From the IMG/VR virus record IMGVR_UViG_3300046167_000884, positions 1-64,000 of that record: 64,000 bases of DNA. One strand, 5' to 3'. How positions within the stretch are numbered: position 1 is the stretch's first letter; each line of letters opens with the position of its first letter. The DNA comes from a virus. This document shows, piece after piece, positions 17,718 through 30,739 of this stretch. The position numbers were made by a program, and so were the translations under genes. The notes under the pieces are model-generated. The model did not search any database. It was not told where the DNA came from and saw only the letters and a program-made list of their open reading frames with translations.

Positions 17718-20700
17718 ATGGAAGATAAAATAATAATAAACCAAGTAAACCCAGAAACATTTGAGTTTCAAGATTACTCTACATCAGATGAATTATTAAT
17801 TGTTTCTAATGATTTAGATACAGCATTTTCTGGTTCAATAGATTATATTGAAACATATATATATGATGAAGACCAAAATAAAATTTCATTTCAAGTTCCT
17901 TTTACTAATTATTCTATTACTGAAGGGCATGTAGTATTAACCCCTTCTAATGATTTAGAAAGACTGGGATTTGACCAAGGGTCTTATTATATAACTTATA
18001 ACTTTTATAGACCACAATTAGCATCCACTCTTAATACACAATATTACATTAATGAAATCAGCTCAGATAGAACTGAAATTAGATTGGATAGTACTCAAAT
18101 TAATGATGCTTTATTAATTAGTTCTAGTTTAGAATTTATAGAATATAGAGAAACCACAGATTATTTTGTAGATTTTTTACTTAATTTTGGAAATAATCAA
18201 TTAGTTATTGCCAATAATATAGAACTAGATTTAAGTGATGAATTAAATCCTACAATATTAATTAAATTATATGAACCTTTACCTGCAACTTTTGACCTAA
18301 AAAGCCAATGTTCAGTTGTAGAACAAATATCAACCCCACAATCATATAATATAGAATTCCCTCCACTAGAATTTACTCCAGATGATTTTAATTATATATC
18401 GGGTCCAAATTATAGTTTAAATATTAAGGGTCAATCAGGAACTCCTGGAATGGGTTTTTCATATAATACACTAGTAAGTTCAAATATAACATCTTCATTT
18501 AACCAAATAAATAATTTACTTAATCGTAAAGAAATAGATATAAGTGTTAATTATGAAAACTATAGTGATTTTATTTATTTTTCATCTGCTTATACTAGAT
18601 TACAAAATTTTTATTACAAAGTAGGATTAATTCAATCTGCTAGTGCTCAACTAGGACAAATAACTTCATCTACAACTGGATCAATTATTTACAGTTCTAG
18701 TCAAGCAAGTTTAAGTCAAACTATACAAGATACTATACAAAATTTTGATGGTTATGAATATTTTTTATACTATAATAGTGGATCAGAAAATTCATATCCA
18801 AAATCAAATACTGAACCACCATTTATTTTATACCCAACAGGGAGTACAGAAGTATTAACCTGGTTAGGTTCAACAGATACTACAGATCCTTATTATGGAG
18901 GACAAGCTGTAGCTTCTTCAGATTTTGATGAAAATAATCAAAACTCCTTATACTACGCAATACCCGAATATTTAAGAAGTGATACACAAAATGCCAAATA
19001 CGAGTTATTCGTTGATATGGTTGGTCAACATTATGATAATCTATGGATGTATACCAAGAATATTACCACTAAATTTGACGCGGATAACCGTTTAGATTAT
19101 GGTATTTCTAAGGATATGGTTGCGGATGCTGTAAGAGATTTTGGGGTAAAATTATATTCTAATAACTTTAATACCAATGATTTATATACGGCCTTTTTAG
19201 GATTAACCCCTTCAGGTAGTTCATTTCCTTTCCCATACATGACAGGATCAATTGGTAGTGTTGTTAATACACCTTCTGGGTATGAGTATGTAGATTCAAC
19301 AATATCTGCATCAAATGATATAATCCCATTAGACGATGTTAATAAGCGATTATATAAACGTATTTACCATAATATTCCATATTTACTTAAAACTAAAGGT
19401 ACAGTAGCTGGTCTAAGAGCATTAATTACTTCTTATGGAATTCCAGATACCATTTTAAGAATAAACGAATTTGGGGGTAAAGATAGAAACAATTCTCAGG
19501 ATTGGGATTTAAAACAAGACATTTATAATGTAGGATTAAATACAACTAGTTCAGCTTTTACATCTTCATTTGTACTAGATAGTAAATGGGGATGCATCCC
19601 AAAACTCACCTGGATCTATTCAATTTAGGTTTAAAACTAATGGAATCCCATCGGCTTCAAACTCACCAACAACCCAATCAATTTTTGAAACTGACTCAAC
19701 TAGTACAGTTGCTATGGGTATTGAATATAACCAATCTTTATTAACAAAAGGTACATATTCTGGTTCTGTTGAAAGTAAATTTAAAAATTATGGTACATTA
19801 AAATTTTGGCCTAACATTGATACTAACCCAACAAATTACGCTTCTTTATATTTACCCTTTTGGGATGGAGATTGGTGGTCAATTCAAGTAGACAGAAATT
19901 ATAATACTAGTGAATTTACATTAAGAGCTGCTAATAAAATAGGAGAAAATTTAGGTTTTACAGGTAGTGATACTATTAGTGCAGATATCCAACAATGGGA
20001 AAATTCAAGTGAAATATATTGGTTACCACAAAATTATACACAATTTGCTGGAATATATTATTTCCCATTCTCAGGTTCATTCCAAGAAGTAAGATATTAT
20101 ACTGAAGTAATAAGTGAAAGTGTATTTCATGATTACACAATGAATCCATATTCTTTTGAAGGAAATGGAATTAATAGTGCACCAAATCAACTTGCATTTA
20201 GATTGCCTTTAGGAACATTATTAAATACTGGGTCTTATAATGATTCCATTCATCCTAAAATAACTGGTTCTTGGGTTACAACATCCTCATTTAATGGTCA
20301 AAGCACAGCTTCATTTTCATCTACCCCTACATGGTTAAACAATATTGAAGATATACATCTAGACCAGACTCCTTCCGGAATGAGAAATAGGGTAACAGAT
20401 AAAATTCAAACGGAGGCATTAATTCTTCCTGATGGTGACACTTTATCTGGATATAAATCTATACAACAAACTTCATATGTAAGTGAAAGTTTTACCCCTA
20501 ATGTTAATTATTTAGAAGTAGCTTTTTCACCCCAAGATCAAATTAATGATGATATTATTGGTCAAATGGGTTATTTTAATATTGGGGATTATATAGGAGA
20601 CCCAAGACTTATATCTTCATCAGATAAAAGCTACCCAGATTTAGATTTATTAAGAGATGCATATTTTGAAAAATATATAACTAATTATAATGTAACTGAT

Positions 20701-23700
20701 TTTGTTAGGTTAATAAAATTCTTTGATAATTCATTATTTAAAATGATAGAAGATTTTACACCTGCAAGAACAAGTTTATCTTCTGGTGTTGTTATTAAAC
20801 AACATTTATTAGAAAGAAATAGACAAAGACCAGCTCAAGTAACCTCTTCTTTCCATAACTATTCAGGTTCAGTTAAAAACTTACCTAAAAATTATAGTTT
20901 AGGACCAGGAGATTACCCACAATATTCAGATTCGGGGTCTGCTATATATAAGTTTGGTGGGGGTACTGCAGGTTCATTTGAACCCTTTAACAGTTTAAAA
21001 ACTACCGTTTCTGGATCTTTAGGACTAGGAACAGATAATAGATATTTTGTAACACAAAGTTGGGAAGAATCATGGATGACATTTTCAGGTTCAGCTCCCA
21101 TAGATAGATCTGATCAAAGAGAATTCTATAATGGAGAATTTAGTGGCTCAGTTATCCCTGTAGGTCTAAATGACATATGTAGTGCTTACTTTAAACTCAG
21201 TAATATAGAATATAGATATGTACCTGTATTTTTTAGTGGTGATGGTTATAGTAATACTACACCAATTTCTGAACAAGGTTTCTTAAGTCCAACTAACCAA
21301 CCCCCTCCGGGATTTGTTTGGTTTTGGCATAATGGAGAAAGTATACTTTATATAAAAATGTCTTTACTGACACATAATGGTATTAATATTGCGACTTTTA
21401 TCCAAAATGTAGAATGGGTAGTCTTTACATTTAATAGTGCTGTTGATTATCTGGGTAATATATTAGAGGGTATTCAAACCTTTTATTTAGAATCAGTTGG
21501 GATCCAACCTGCCAGTCAAGCTAGTAATCAAGATAGTGTGGGTGCAGCTTTAGGTTATACTATTCCAGAAGAATCTTCAACTGCTATAAGTTCTGATGAT
21601 GGTGCTTTTTATGACTTTAATTTTTCAGCAAGTGGGGACTTTCAATGGTATGCAACTCAAAATGTATCAGCAGATCCATCTCCTTTATTAGATACAGGTA
21701 TATCTGAATCTGTCCCACAAGGATATTTTCCTTTAACTTATCATACTGAATCTTTCTTTAGAGGATGGGCTAGTTCAAACTTTTATACTAATGGTACTTA
21801 TAATTCTTATGAAGGAATATTAAGTGATTTTTTAGATAATTTCAACACAGGCTCACATGAAATAGATAATACAGATTCAACAGTACAATCTGGAATAGAC
21901 CCTGCAAGTAATATTCCATGGTTTATGAATGCCTCAAACCCACAAGGATCTGGAAAAAGTTGGTTACATATACCATCTGAATCTTTCTTAGATTATGGTA
22001 ATATCCCCGATTCATCTGTAGGACCAACATCAACCAATAATTATTTTAATATAGCTTGGACAAGTGCTAGTTCGGAAGAACCACGTGCTGTACAAGGAAC
22101 TAATTATTACTACAATGCCAGTAATAATGCTATTTATATATCTGGTTCTGAGTTTCAAGATGAAATGAAATTTCTAACCCCATTGTATACTAGTAGTTTA
22201 ACATATAAACTTAGTGGGACTAGTCAACTTTATAATAATGCAACTTCATATACACCAATTGGTCAAACTAGTTTAGTTATTCCTATTGACCCTGCAAGAG
22301 GTCAAGAATTATGGGTATATAGAGGAGAATCATCCAATACAAGTGCAGATACAAATGCTTGGAGATATAATAGGTATATTCACAGACCATTTAAAATATA
22401 TTATCTAACAGAAACAGGATCAGGACAGCCGGGTATACCATATGATTTATATGATCCTATGATTAATGATTTTGGTGCTGGTCCTTTAAGTCTTATTCCT
22501 CCACATTATAATAATTCATCACAAGATTTTGCTACCATGTTAGGTACACAAGGTGATTCTCTTATTAACTCTACATACCAAAGAGTATTAAACCCCACAG
22601 CAGCACTCCCATCAGTAAGTGCAGTTTCAGGCAGTTTTCAAGTATATAGTGAAGATAGACAAGTAAGACCTTTTATATTTACAACATATAGACAAATGGC
22701 CCCAACATTCCCAGGATCTTCTCCTGCTAGGGGTTCAGGTTCTGCAGTATCTATTTCACAATCTGATGGTACACCTTTTGCTACATTAAGAATGTATCAA
22801 AATCAAACACCATCTGACCCACCACTTCCTGAAGGAAATGCTTTTAGATTGAGATGTCTTCAACTTTCTGGATGTGTTGCATATTATAAAAATCAATCCA
22901 ACATCCTACAGACTCTAGGTATGAACTATTTTGATCAAATACCTGTATGTGGGAATTCTAATTCAAATACAACTAACCTTTTACTTCCCACATCTGTTGG
23001 TAATATTCAAGTTTCTACAGACCTTCTAGGTTTATCAGATCCGTGTCCTGTATCTATAGGTGGTGGAGGAGGAGGAAGTCCATTGGGTGGGGGACTTTCT
23101 AATATTAACCAATCACCATTTTTCTATAAACTCCCAAGACCCTCAGGAGTGAGTATAGGTAATCAAGCTGGTTTTAATTGGAATATACCTTATGGGGAAA
23201 ATTATAATGGTGAAAATACTTCATCTTTAAGTTTACAAACAGGAACTCAACCTGGAGGAAATGATGAAAATTTTGAAATAGTATTCCCTGCTGGGGGGTA
23301 TATTTTCACTATGAGTGATTTTGACACTTCTACATTTTCTAGTGGTGTAACAGAATTTGGTTTATATACAACTTATGGTGACTATGTTAGTTATGATTTT
23401 GAAAACCAAAATGGGTCAGGAGCTAACCCAGTTACTATAGATTACATAGACAATCAATATGAACAAACTTCAATAGATGTTTATGAATATGCTGTGCAAG
23501 ATGCTGATGGTGATTTTGGTGTATCTTTTAATGGGAATGGTACAAGTAATACAGATGTAAGAAGTTACCAAAATACTACTACCACAAGTAACAGAACCAA
23601 ATACCAAAGAATTAATATAGAGGCTGATGGGGATTATGCTGCTAGAGTTACTAGATCAGTCCCTTCTGGAGGGATAGTTAAAGTGTATCTTGAACCTAAC

Positions 23701-26700
23701 CAATCAACAACGGGTGAAACTCCAAGTATTCAAGCCCAAGAATTAATAGAGGTTCCAACTACTAACCCTATAACTAATTTAGATATTCATGGTTCACTTA
23801 CAAACCTTCAAGAAGGGCAACAATTATTAATAACAGTTGAAAATACTTTAAATATTAGCCTATTCAGCTCTGGACTGAATTATATAAACATCCAAAGTTT
23901 ATATAACAAATCAATTACTAACCCTAATGGGGTAGTCGCCGTTATGGGCTCTCCAGAGGCACAAACTCCATTTAATGATCCGTATGTAGTTACTGGGTCT
24001 ATTTCTAACAGATATCAAAGTGGTGTTGAAGTCCCAGGACAATTTGCAACAAAAGTAGTAGATGCCTACATTTTATACTCTTCATCTTTATCATCAAGTT
24101 TAGATGGGGCGTATGTATTTGATGTTACACCTACTTTTGGTGTATTATCTGTAACAGCTTCCGTAGTTGTTAGTTCATTTACAGATGCAGGTGCTGCTTT
24201 ATATGGTAATGCTATTTATGGAGATGATGAATATGGAGGAGGAGCTTCAGGTGGTGGTACTACTTGGACAACAGCCTCTATAATCTTATATACAGGCTCA
24301 GCTAATAATTTCCCTAATGAGATGCCATCATTAGGTGGAAATATTTTTGCTCAAACTAGTTCATATAGTTTAACCCACCATACAGGTGAGAGAATAACAC
24401 TCCACGCTGAACTTAACCCAGGTGATTTAGCATATAATGCTGTAATGAAAATGGCATTAAGAGTAGGAAGTGGATCAGATGATCCCTCAGTTGTAGAAAA
24501 TGGGTTAGTTGTAACTCAATATAGTATGAGTTTTTCTTCATCCACAGCTGTTGAAGGAGACCCATCTATCCCTACAATATTTTCAGATGATCAAAACTTT
24601 GAAACAGCTTATGATTGTCAACCTTTATTAAATAATTTTAGTAATGGTAGGAAAAATGGTAGATTACAAGATGTAGATTATAATTTTGGTACTGTTATAC
24701 CAACTAATTGGCAACAAATTATTGATTATTCTGCTTCTAGAGCATCAGTACCTGAATCTAATTATACTAAAACCAATATAATCAATGGTAAATATGACGG
24801 TACTAAAATTGCTTCCCAAAAATATAATATATGGAGTCCTGGAGATACCGGGGGTTATGGTAAATTACCTTCAATAGATATTAATAGGGTTAATATCGCT
24901 TATTTTAATAAGGTATATGATCCATATCCTTTATTAAATAATAAAACTATATATAATATTCAATATTTAATTGGTCAAGATGGTATAGCAACCCAACCTA
25001 AATTATCGGATATTACATTATATAATGTCCAAGGAACATTTGAACCTACACCAATATTTAGAGACGGTGGTGTAGTATATGATAATTCCTCAGTAGTTTC
25101 TTTAGTTGGAAATGTCCCAGAATCTTTATTTCCACTCCAAGGAGAAAATGTGTTCGATAAAATTATTTCAAGAGCCAACCCCAATATTATATAGTCAAGT
25201 ATCAGGTATTTTCCCATTAAACAAATATTTAAGAACAGGAGCAGGAACTGAAGGTGACCCATATGTGGGAATACCACAAGGAATTGAATTAATTGGTAAT
25301 GAACCTATTGATCCTGATATTGTCCCAACTTTTAATAATTATACTACTGAAGCTTTTGGGGAGATTGGAAACCTTGCTACTACTAGAAATATTAGTACTG
25401 AAACTTTAACCTTACCCGATGTTGCTATTGAAGTTGATGGAAACCGCAGGACCACAAAATAATATTACCTCCTCAAATGAGTTAAATACAGGAACAGGTC
25501 TTCCAGTTTATGAAACTGATGGTAATGAATCCTGAAGTAGGGTTTCTTACAGTACCAATTACTGATGGGGCTGGACATCTTTTGCTGTTGATAATACAGC
25601 AGGTCTAGGAAATTCTACTTCCCAAGGATATCAAACAGAATGGAGTTTCTTTGTAGATTCTGAACCCACTATTGATAGATTAAGAACTAGAAACTATGAA
25701 GGTGGTTGGAAAGGACATAGCCCTATCGATGACCCTAATGTAGGTTCAGTAAATATACATTTACAAAAGAGAAATTATAATGCTGGTAGCGCTGAAACAG
25801 GTTGGGGGAATGCCCAAATAACAAGTGTTAAGAGCAGAAATAATTGAATTTTTTAATTCTACTAATGCCTCAGGTACTAATAATGTAGTTTTAAATTATA
25901 GTAACATTGGAGGTTCTTATGTATCTGCAAACCAAACCACGGGTCAAGTCCAAGTTAGATTTAACACTGACACTATAAAACAAGCATATTTAAATGCAGG
26001 GTATTCTGGTACCCCACAATTACAAAGACTTAAAATATCTGGTAGATTAAATGGGGCCTTTAAAACAAGGCCAACAGTTTAGACTAAGATATAATGCTAG
26101 TATGATTACAAATACAAATGGTAATGGACCTCGATATTTTCCTCAAACAGCACAACCATCCTTTCTTGGAGGTACTTTTTCATATACTGGGGAAAGTTCA
26201 AATCCTGTAACATCAGCAACCGCTTCATTTTGGGAATTTTCTGGTAGTGGTGCTGGAAAATCTACTAGAGTTTTAGTATGTGTTTCTCCACAATTAAATA
26301 AAGCATATGGAAGAGGATTTGTTCAAAAGGATTTAATATACACATCAAGCTTTAACAAAGATTTTCCTGGTGGTCGTGAACCTTACTACTCAGAATTCCC
26401 ACCTATTCAAAACGCCTGGGAGCTTCAAAAGTATGATGAAATTAGATTTGATAATAATGAAGAGTACACTTACACAATTATTGGTATTACCCCTCCATCT
26501 TTAAATAATGATCCTAATTTAAAGTATGATAGTTTCCCTGCATTAATTATAGAGTTAGCTGGTGACCCTATAGAGTCATTAGAAAATGAAAAAACTAGTA
26601 CAGATGGAGGTAAAGGATTTGGATTAAGTTATGTAACAGGATCAGATACCTCACCAACACCTGGTGGTGTAACCCCAACTTATGTACCAGTAGAGTTTGG

Positions 26701-26914
26701 TGAACAGAAGTTTAGACCTTTAGATAATTTTGTTATACGTAGGTATGTAGAGGACGCAGGGTCAATGATTATAAATCAATCATTCCCTTATAATGCAGTT
26801 CCTGAAAAAGTAAATGCTTCTGGTTTTATGTCACCACCATTTACTACTACATTACTAGAAACAAATCCAGATACATTAATTAAAAACTTAATAGATAACA
26901 AACTAGTTGAATAA
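17718..26914 (+). CDS. Giant (~3,000 aa) baseplate/tail structural protein, split by several apparent indels
   Basis: ORFs 17718-19628, 19714-25194, 25106-25462, 25825-26082 and 26051-26914 join by single-base shifts (for example near 19590 and 25160), with continuous Ser/Gly/Thr-rich composition. Confidence 0.6.
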
Positions 26915-26928
26915 AATAATAGTTTAAT

Positions 26929-26938
26929 ATATTTATAA
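26929..26938 (+). promoter_or_regulatory. ATATTTATAA motif
   Basis: Intergenic, 28 nt upstream of ATG 26967. Confidence 0.5.
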
Positions 26939-26966
26939 CATATAACAACATTTATATAATAACAAA

Positions 26967-27632
26967 ATGGGATATTTAAATAATGCAATAATTACAGTTG
27001 ATGCTATTCTAACCAGAAAGGGTAGAGAAGCATTAGCATCAAATGATGGTTCATTTCAAATCACTCAATTTGCTTTAGCAGATGATGAAATAGATTATAC
27101 TCTTTATAATCCATCCCATCCCTCTGGTTCTGCATATTATGGTGAAGCAATTGTAAATCAACCATTACTAGAAGCTTTTCCTTTGGAAAGCCAAATAATG
27201 AAATATAAACTAGCTACTTTACCTAGAGGTACAGCAAAAATGCCAATTTTAAATCTTGGATATGCTGCTATTACTTTACAACAAGGAGCACAGTTAGCAA
27301 TTACACCACAAACCTTAAATTATTTAGGTAATGATCAAACTTTTGAAACTAGTGGGTATACAGCTACAATCGCTGATGTAAGAACTTTAGCTTCATTTGA
27401 AGGGTTAGGAATTCAATCTGCTGCTACTACAAATGCAAACGCAACAGCAACTCAGACAATTGGAACTAATGTATCATCAACTGTAACCGGAACACAAATA
27501 AATTTAAGAGCAACAACTATTAATACTTTATTTGGAAATCAAAGTACTTTAGTAACAACTTTAACAGTAATAGGTTTAGATAGTGGAGCAAGAATAACAA
27601 TCCCAGTAACCATAACTAAAACCGCAGTATAA
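26967..27632 (+). CDS. Virion structural protein (baseplate/tail-fibre attachment-like)
   Basis: VDAILTRKGREALA...ITQFALADDEIDY resembles the LT..G...LA...IT.FA.GD start of fibre-attachment domains. Confidence 0.5.
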   Translation: MGYLNNAIITVDAILTRKGREALASNDGSFQITQFALADDEIDYTLYNPSHPSGSAYYGEAIVNQPLLEAFPLESQIMKYKLATLPRGTAKMPILNLGYAAITLQQGAQLAITPQTLNYLGNDQTFETSGYTATIADVRTLASFEGLGIQSAATTNANATATQTIGTNVSSTVTGTQINLRATTINTLFGNQSTLVTTLTVIGLDSGARITIPVTITKTAV

Positions 27633-27643
27633 AAAATTAAAAA

Positions 27644-28699
27644 ATGAGCTTTAAAAGACTAGACCCAGAAGATTTTGTAGTAAGTGCTGATTCTGTTTCA
27701 TCTACAGTATGGACAGGTAATGAACCTATTTTAAATACTTTTTTTACATCCTCTAACCAAGAAAATGGTCCATCAGGAAATTATTATTTAGATGTGTACA
27801 ATACAGAATCTAATTTAGCTAATAACCAAATCCAATTTGCTGTTGCTTATGCAGACCAAACAGGTGGGGGTGCTTTATCTTATAATGCTGCTGTAAATAA
27901 TTATTCACCTTCAACTACTATGTATGGTTCTTATAGAACTTTAGTATTAGAAGATGAAAATTCTTCTTTTACATTTGGTAGTGTTACAAGTAGTTATTTT
28001 TATGCTATAAGTGTAGAAAGAGCTCGTTATAAAGAAAGTTTATTTCCTGGTTCTTTAAATTTAAGATTAAGTGGGAGTGGGAATGGTAACTCTAGTCTAG
28101 AACTAACTGATAATTCACAAGATGTTACAATACCACAATATTTTGGTACAATGAGAGCATATCAGGTTATTAGTGGTTCAAATGGTACCGCTTATAATAA
28201 AATTAGTGGTATAAATGGAAATAATACAGGTTTTACTGAAAAAAGTGGTTCATATGGATTATTCCTCCCAGATATTTCAACTGTTTTGTTAAATGGAGAA
28301 GCCTTAGATTTAAATAATGCTCAAGGAATTAATTTAGACGCAGATGGTACTAATAGAACATTAAATTCTGACCAGAACAACCCACAAAAATTATTTTTAT
28401 CTATGTCTGGTAGTGGTGCTTCATCTTTTGGTTTAGCATGTCAAGAAACAATAACATCTGATTATGTATTTGTAAGAGCAAGAAGTTCAGAATTTAATTA
28501 TTCAGAAAACCCTTCATTTATATCTGGTTCAACAGGAGAGGTAGTTTATTCTTATTTTATTAATAATCCTAATGTATTTCCAACTACAGTTGGTTTGTAT
28601 AATGATAGCAATGATTTACTTGCTGTAGCAAAACTATCAAAACCAATTTTAAAAGATTTTACAAAAGAAGCTCTAATAAGAGTTAAACTAGATTTCTAA
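27644..28699 (+). CDS. Structural protein with C-terminal tail-collar/fibre-anchor-like motif
   Basis: TTVGLYNDSNDLLAVAKLSKP C-terminus; paralogous to the next gene. Confidence 0.55.
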   Translation: MSFKRLDPEDFVVSADSVSSTVWTGNEPILNTFFTSSNQENGPSGNYYLDVYNTESNLANNQIQFAVAYADQTGGGALSYNAAVNNYSPSTTMYGSYRTLVLEDENSSFTFGSVTSSYFYAISVERARYKESLFPGSLNLRLSGSGNGNSSLELTDNSQDVTIPQYFGTMRAYQVISGSNGTAYNKISGINGNNTGFTEKSGSYGLFLPDISTVLLNGEALDLNNAQGINLDADGTNRTLNSDQNNPQKLFLSMSGSGASSFGLACQETITSDYVFVRARSSEFNYSENPSFISGSTGEVVYSYFINNPNVFPTTVGLYNDSNDLLAVAKLSKPILKDFTKEALIRVKLDF

Positions 28700-28704
28700 G
28701 ATGA

Positions 28705-29667
28705 ATGGCGGCTTTCAAACAATTCAATTCACAAGATATAATTGTATCGCCATTAGAAGTAAATAAATCATTTACTTTTAAAGGTGATGGCGAGTTATCT
28801 GCCTCTAATGCTGATGTTAATAGATTTTTAGGAAAAAATATTAATTTTACTGCCTCAACTAATTATCAAACAGGATTTAATTCTGGTAGTTTAATTCTAT
28901 CCCAATCTTCAGTATACAATAATATTAAACAATTATATTATTCTAATTATCAAAGCTCTAGTTTTGGTGACCATGCAATAACTGCTAGCACATTTTTAGG
29001 TGCTGATAGGGCTGGCGATGTATTAATAGGCCCTAATGGATCTAACGGTAGATACGTAAATTATTTGCAATCTACATTAACCCAATCACGTTATTTCCCC
29101 ACAAGTTCAGATGAAGAAGTTTTAGTACTTTCTATACCTTCTAAGTTATTTGGAGACTATATTCAACCTAAATCATTTTTATTAAATTTAAATAATGATA
29201 GTAATGGATGGTCTCAAACTTCGGAAATTATAGATGATGGAAATGGAAATCTACTTTCAGCTAGTATAAATGTAGGACAAATATTTTACCCCCATGGTAT
29301 AGCTGTTTTAACACAACAAAGTTGGAATGAAAATGACTTAGAAAATGCATATTCTGGATCCCAAATCACAGCTTCATTTTCAAGTTCTTTTGTTATATAT
29401 GAAACTCAATATAAATGTACGATAGGAGAAAGTGAATTTAATTTTTCTCAAAACCCTAGTATAATATCAAGTAGTATAACAGATAATGTTACAACTTCAA
29501 GTGGCATACTTTATGATTTTGCAACAGGTTCATATTTTAGTCCTTATGTAACAACTGTAGGTATGTATAACGATGATCATGAATTGTTAGCCGTAGGCAA
29601 ATTAGCACAACCTTTACCTACTTCACAAACAACAGATACAACAATTTTAGTAAATATAGATAGATAA
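28705..29667 (+). CDS. Paralog of 27644-28699
   Basis: EFNFSQNPS and TTVGMYNDDHELLAVGKLAQP are shared with the upstream gene. Confidence 0.6.
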   Translation: MAAFKQFNSQDIIVSPLEVNKSFTFKGDGELSASNADVNRFLGKNINFTASTNYQTGFNSGSLILSQSSVYNNIKQLYYSNYQSSSFGDHAITASTFLGADRAGDVLIGPNGSNGRYVNYLQSTLTQSRYFPTSSDEEVLVLSIPSKLFGDYIQPKSFLLNLNNDSNGWSQTSEIIDDGNGNLLSASINVGQIFYPHGIAVLTQQSWNENDLENAYSGSQITASFSSSFVIYETQYKCTIGESEFNFSQNPSIISSSITDNVTTSSGILYDFATGSYFSPYVTTVGMYNDDHELLAVGKLAQPLPTSQTTDTTILVNIDR

Positions 29668-30685
29668 TGGCTTGTACACTTTCAAATAGCGGAATTTCAA
29701 CACTCCAAGTAATAAGAGCTGCACAAGTATCACAATCAATAGATGCTTTTACCAAAGCAGAAGCTTATGATATTACAATATCTGGTTCTTTAACAGTTAC
29801 AGGTAGTTTACTATTCTCTGGTTCTAACAATTTTGACCTACAATTAAAAGGTATTCCAAATTTATCTCAAACCAATGTTTTATCTTATAATAATAATACG
29901 GGAAATGTAGGTTATGTAGCTGCTAGTAGTTTTGTACCTCAACCTTCTGTAAGTCCGTATGAAACTGGTAGTAATTGTGCTATTAAACCTTTAGAAGGTG
30001 GTAATATAGTTGGTAGTACTTTTTGGTCTAATATAGGAGGTGGTCAAAAAAATTGTATTGATTCTACATATAGTGTTATAGGGGGTGGATTTCAGAATTA
30101 TATAACAACCGACTATTCATATATAGGAGGAGGATATTACAATACGGCATCAGGTGGGTGTAGTTTTGTAGGAGGTGGTTTATGTAATAATTCTGATGGA
30201 GAATATTCTATTATAGTAGGAGGAAAATGTAGTATAGCAATTGGTGAAAAGTCATTTATTGGTGGTGGAGGTTGTAATTTAGCAAGTGGTCTACATTCTA
30301 CTATCGCTGGTGGAGTCCTCCAACACAGCATCAGCGGATGATAGTTTTATAGGTGGGGGTAATTGTAATGAGATTATAGATAATTCAAATGATTATTCTA
30401 TGATAATAGGAGGCAATTTTAATAATGTAGCAATTAATGGTAATTATGGTGCAATAGTGGGTGGTTTAGAAAATCAAATCTTGCCATTGTCATTCATTTA
30501 TTATTGGTTCTTGTATAACAAGTTCTGCTCAATGTACTACTCATGTAAATAATTTAAATGTAGGTTGTACAACACAAATGCAATTAAGAAATCCAATTGG
30601 AACAGGTCAGGCAGGAATGTTAACAGCTTGTGACGCTGGAGGTGGAGTAGCTGAGTTATATTTTCATGATGGGGACTTCATATAA
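29667..30685 (+). CDS. Short tail fibre with IGGGxxN beta-repeats; two apparent indels
   Basis: Joined frames 29667-30341, 30286-30552 and a final frame ending at TAA 30683-30685; N-terminal anchor shared with 30740. Confidence 0.55.
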
Positions 30686-30720
30686 AAAAGTTTGTTTAGT
30701 ACCATAAAAGAAAAAAGTTA

Positions 30721-30730
30721 ATATTTATAA
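30721..30730 (+). promoter_or_regulatory. ATATTTATAA motif
   Basis: 9 nt upstream of ATG 30740. Confidence 0.55.
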
Positions 30731-30739
30731 TAAAACCTG

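Noticed and set aside
9462-26914. Alternative genetic code (TGA or TAG read-through) to explain short ORFs
   Set aside because: Reading through the stops (for example TGA near 9546) hits TAA within a few codons, the continuation lies in another frame, and most genes are long under the standard code.
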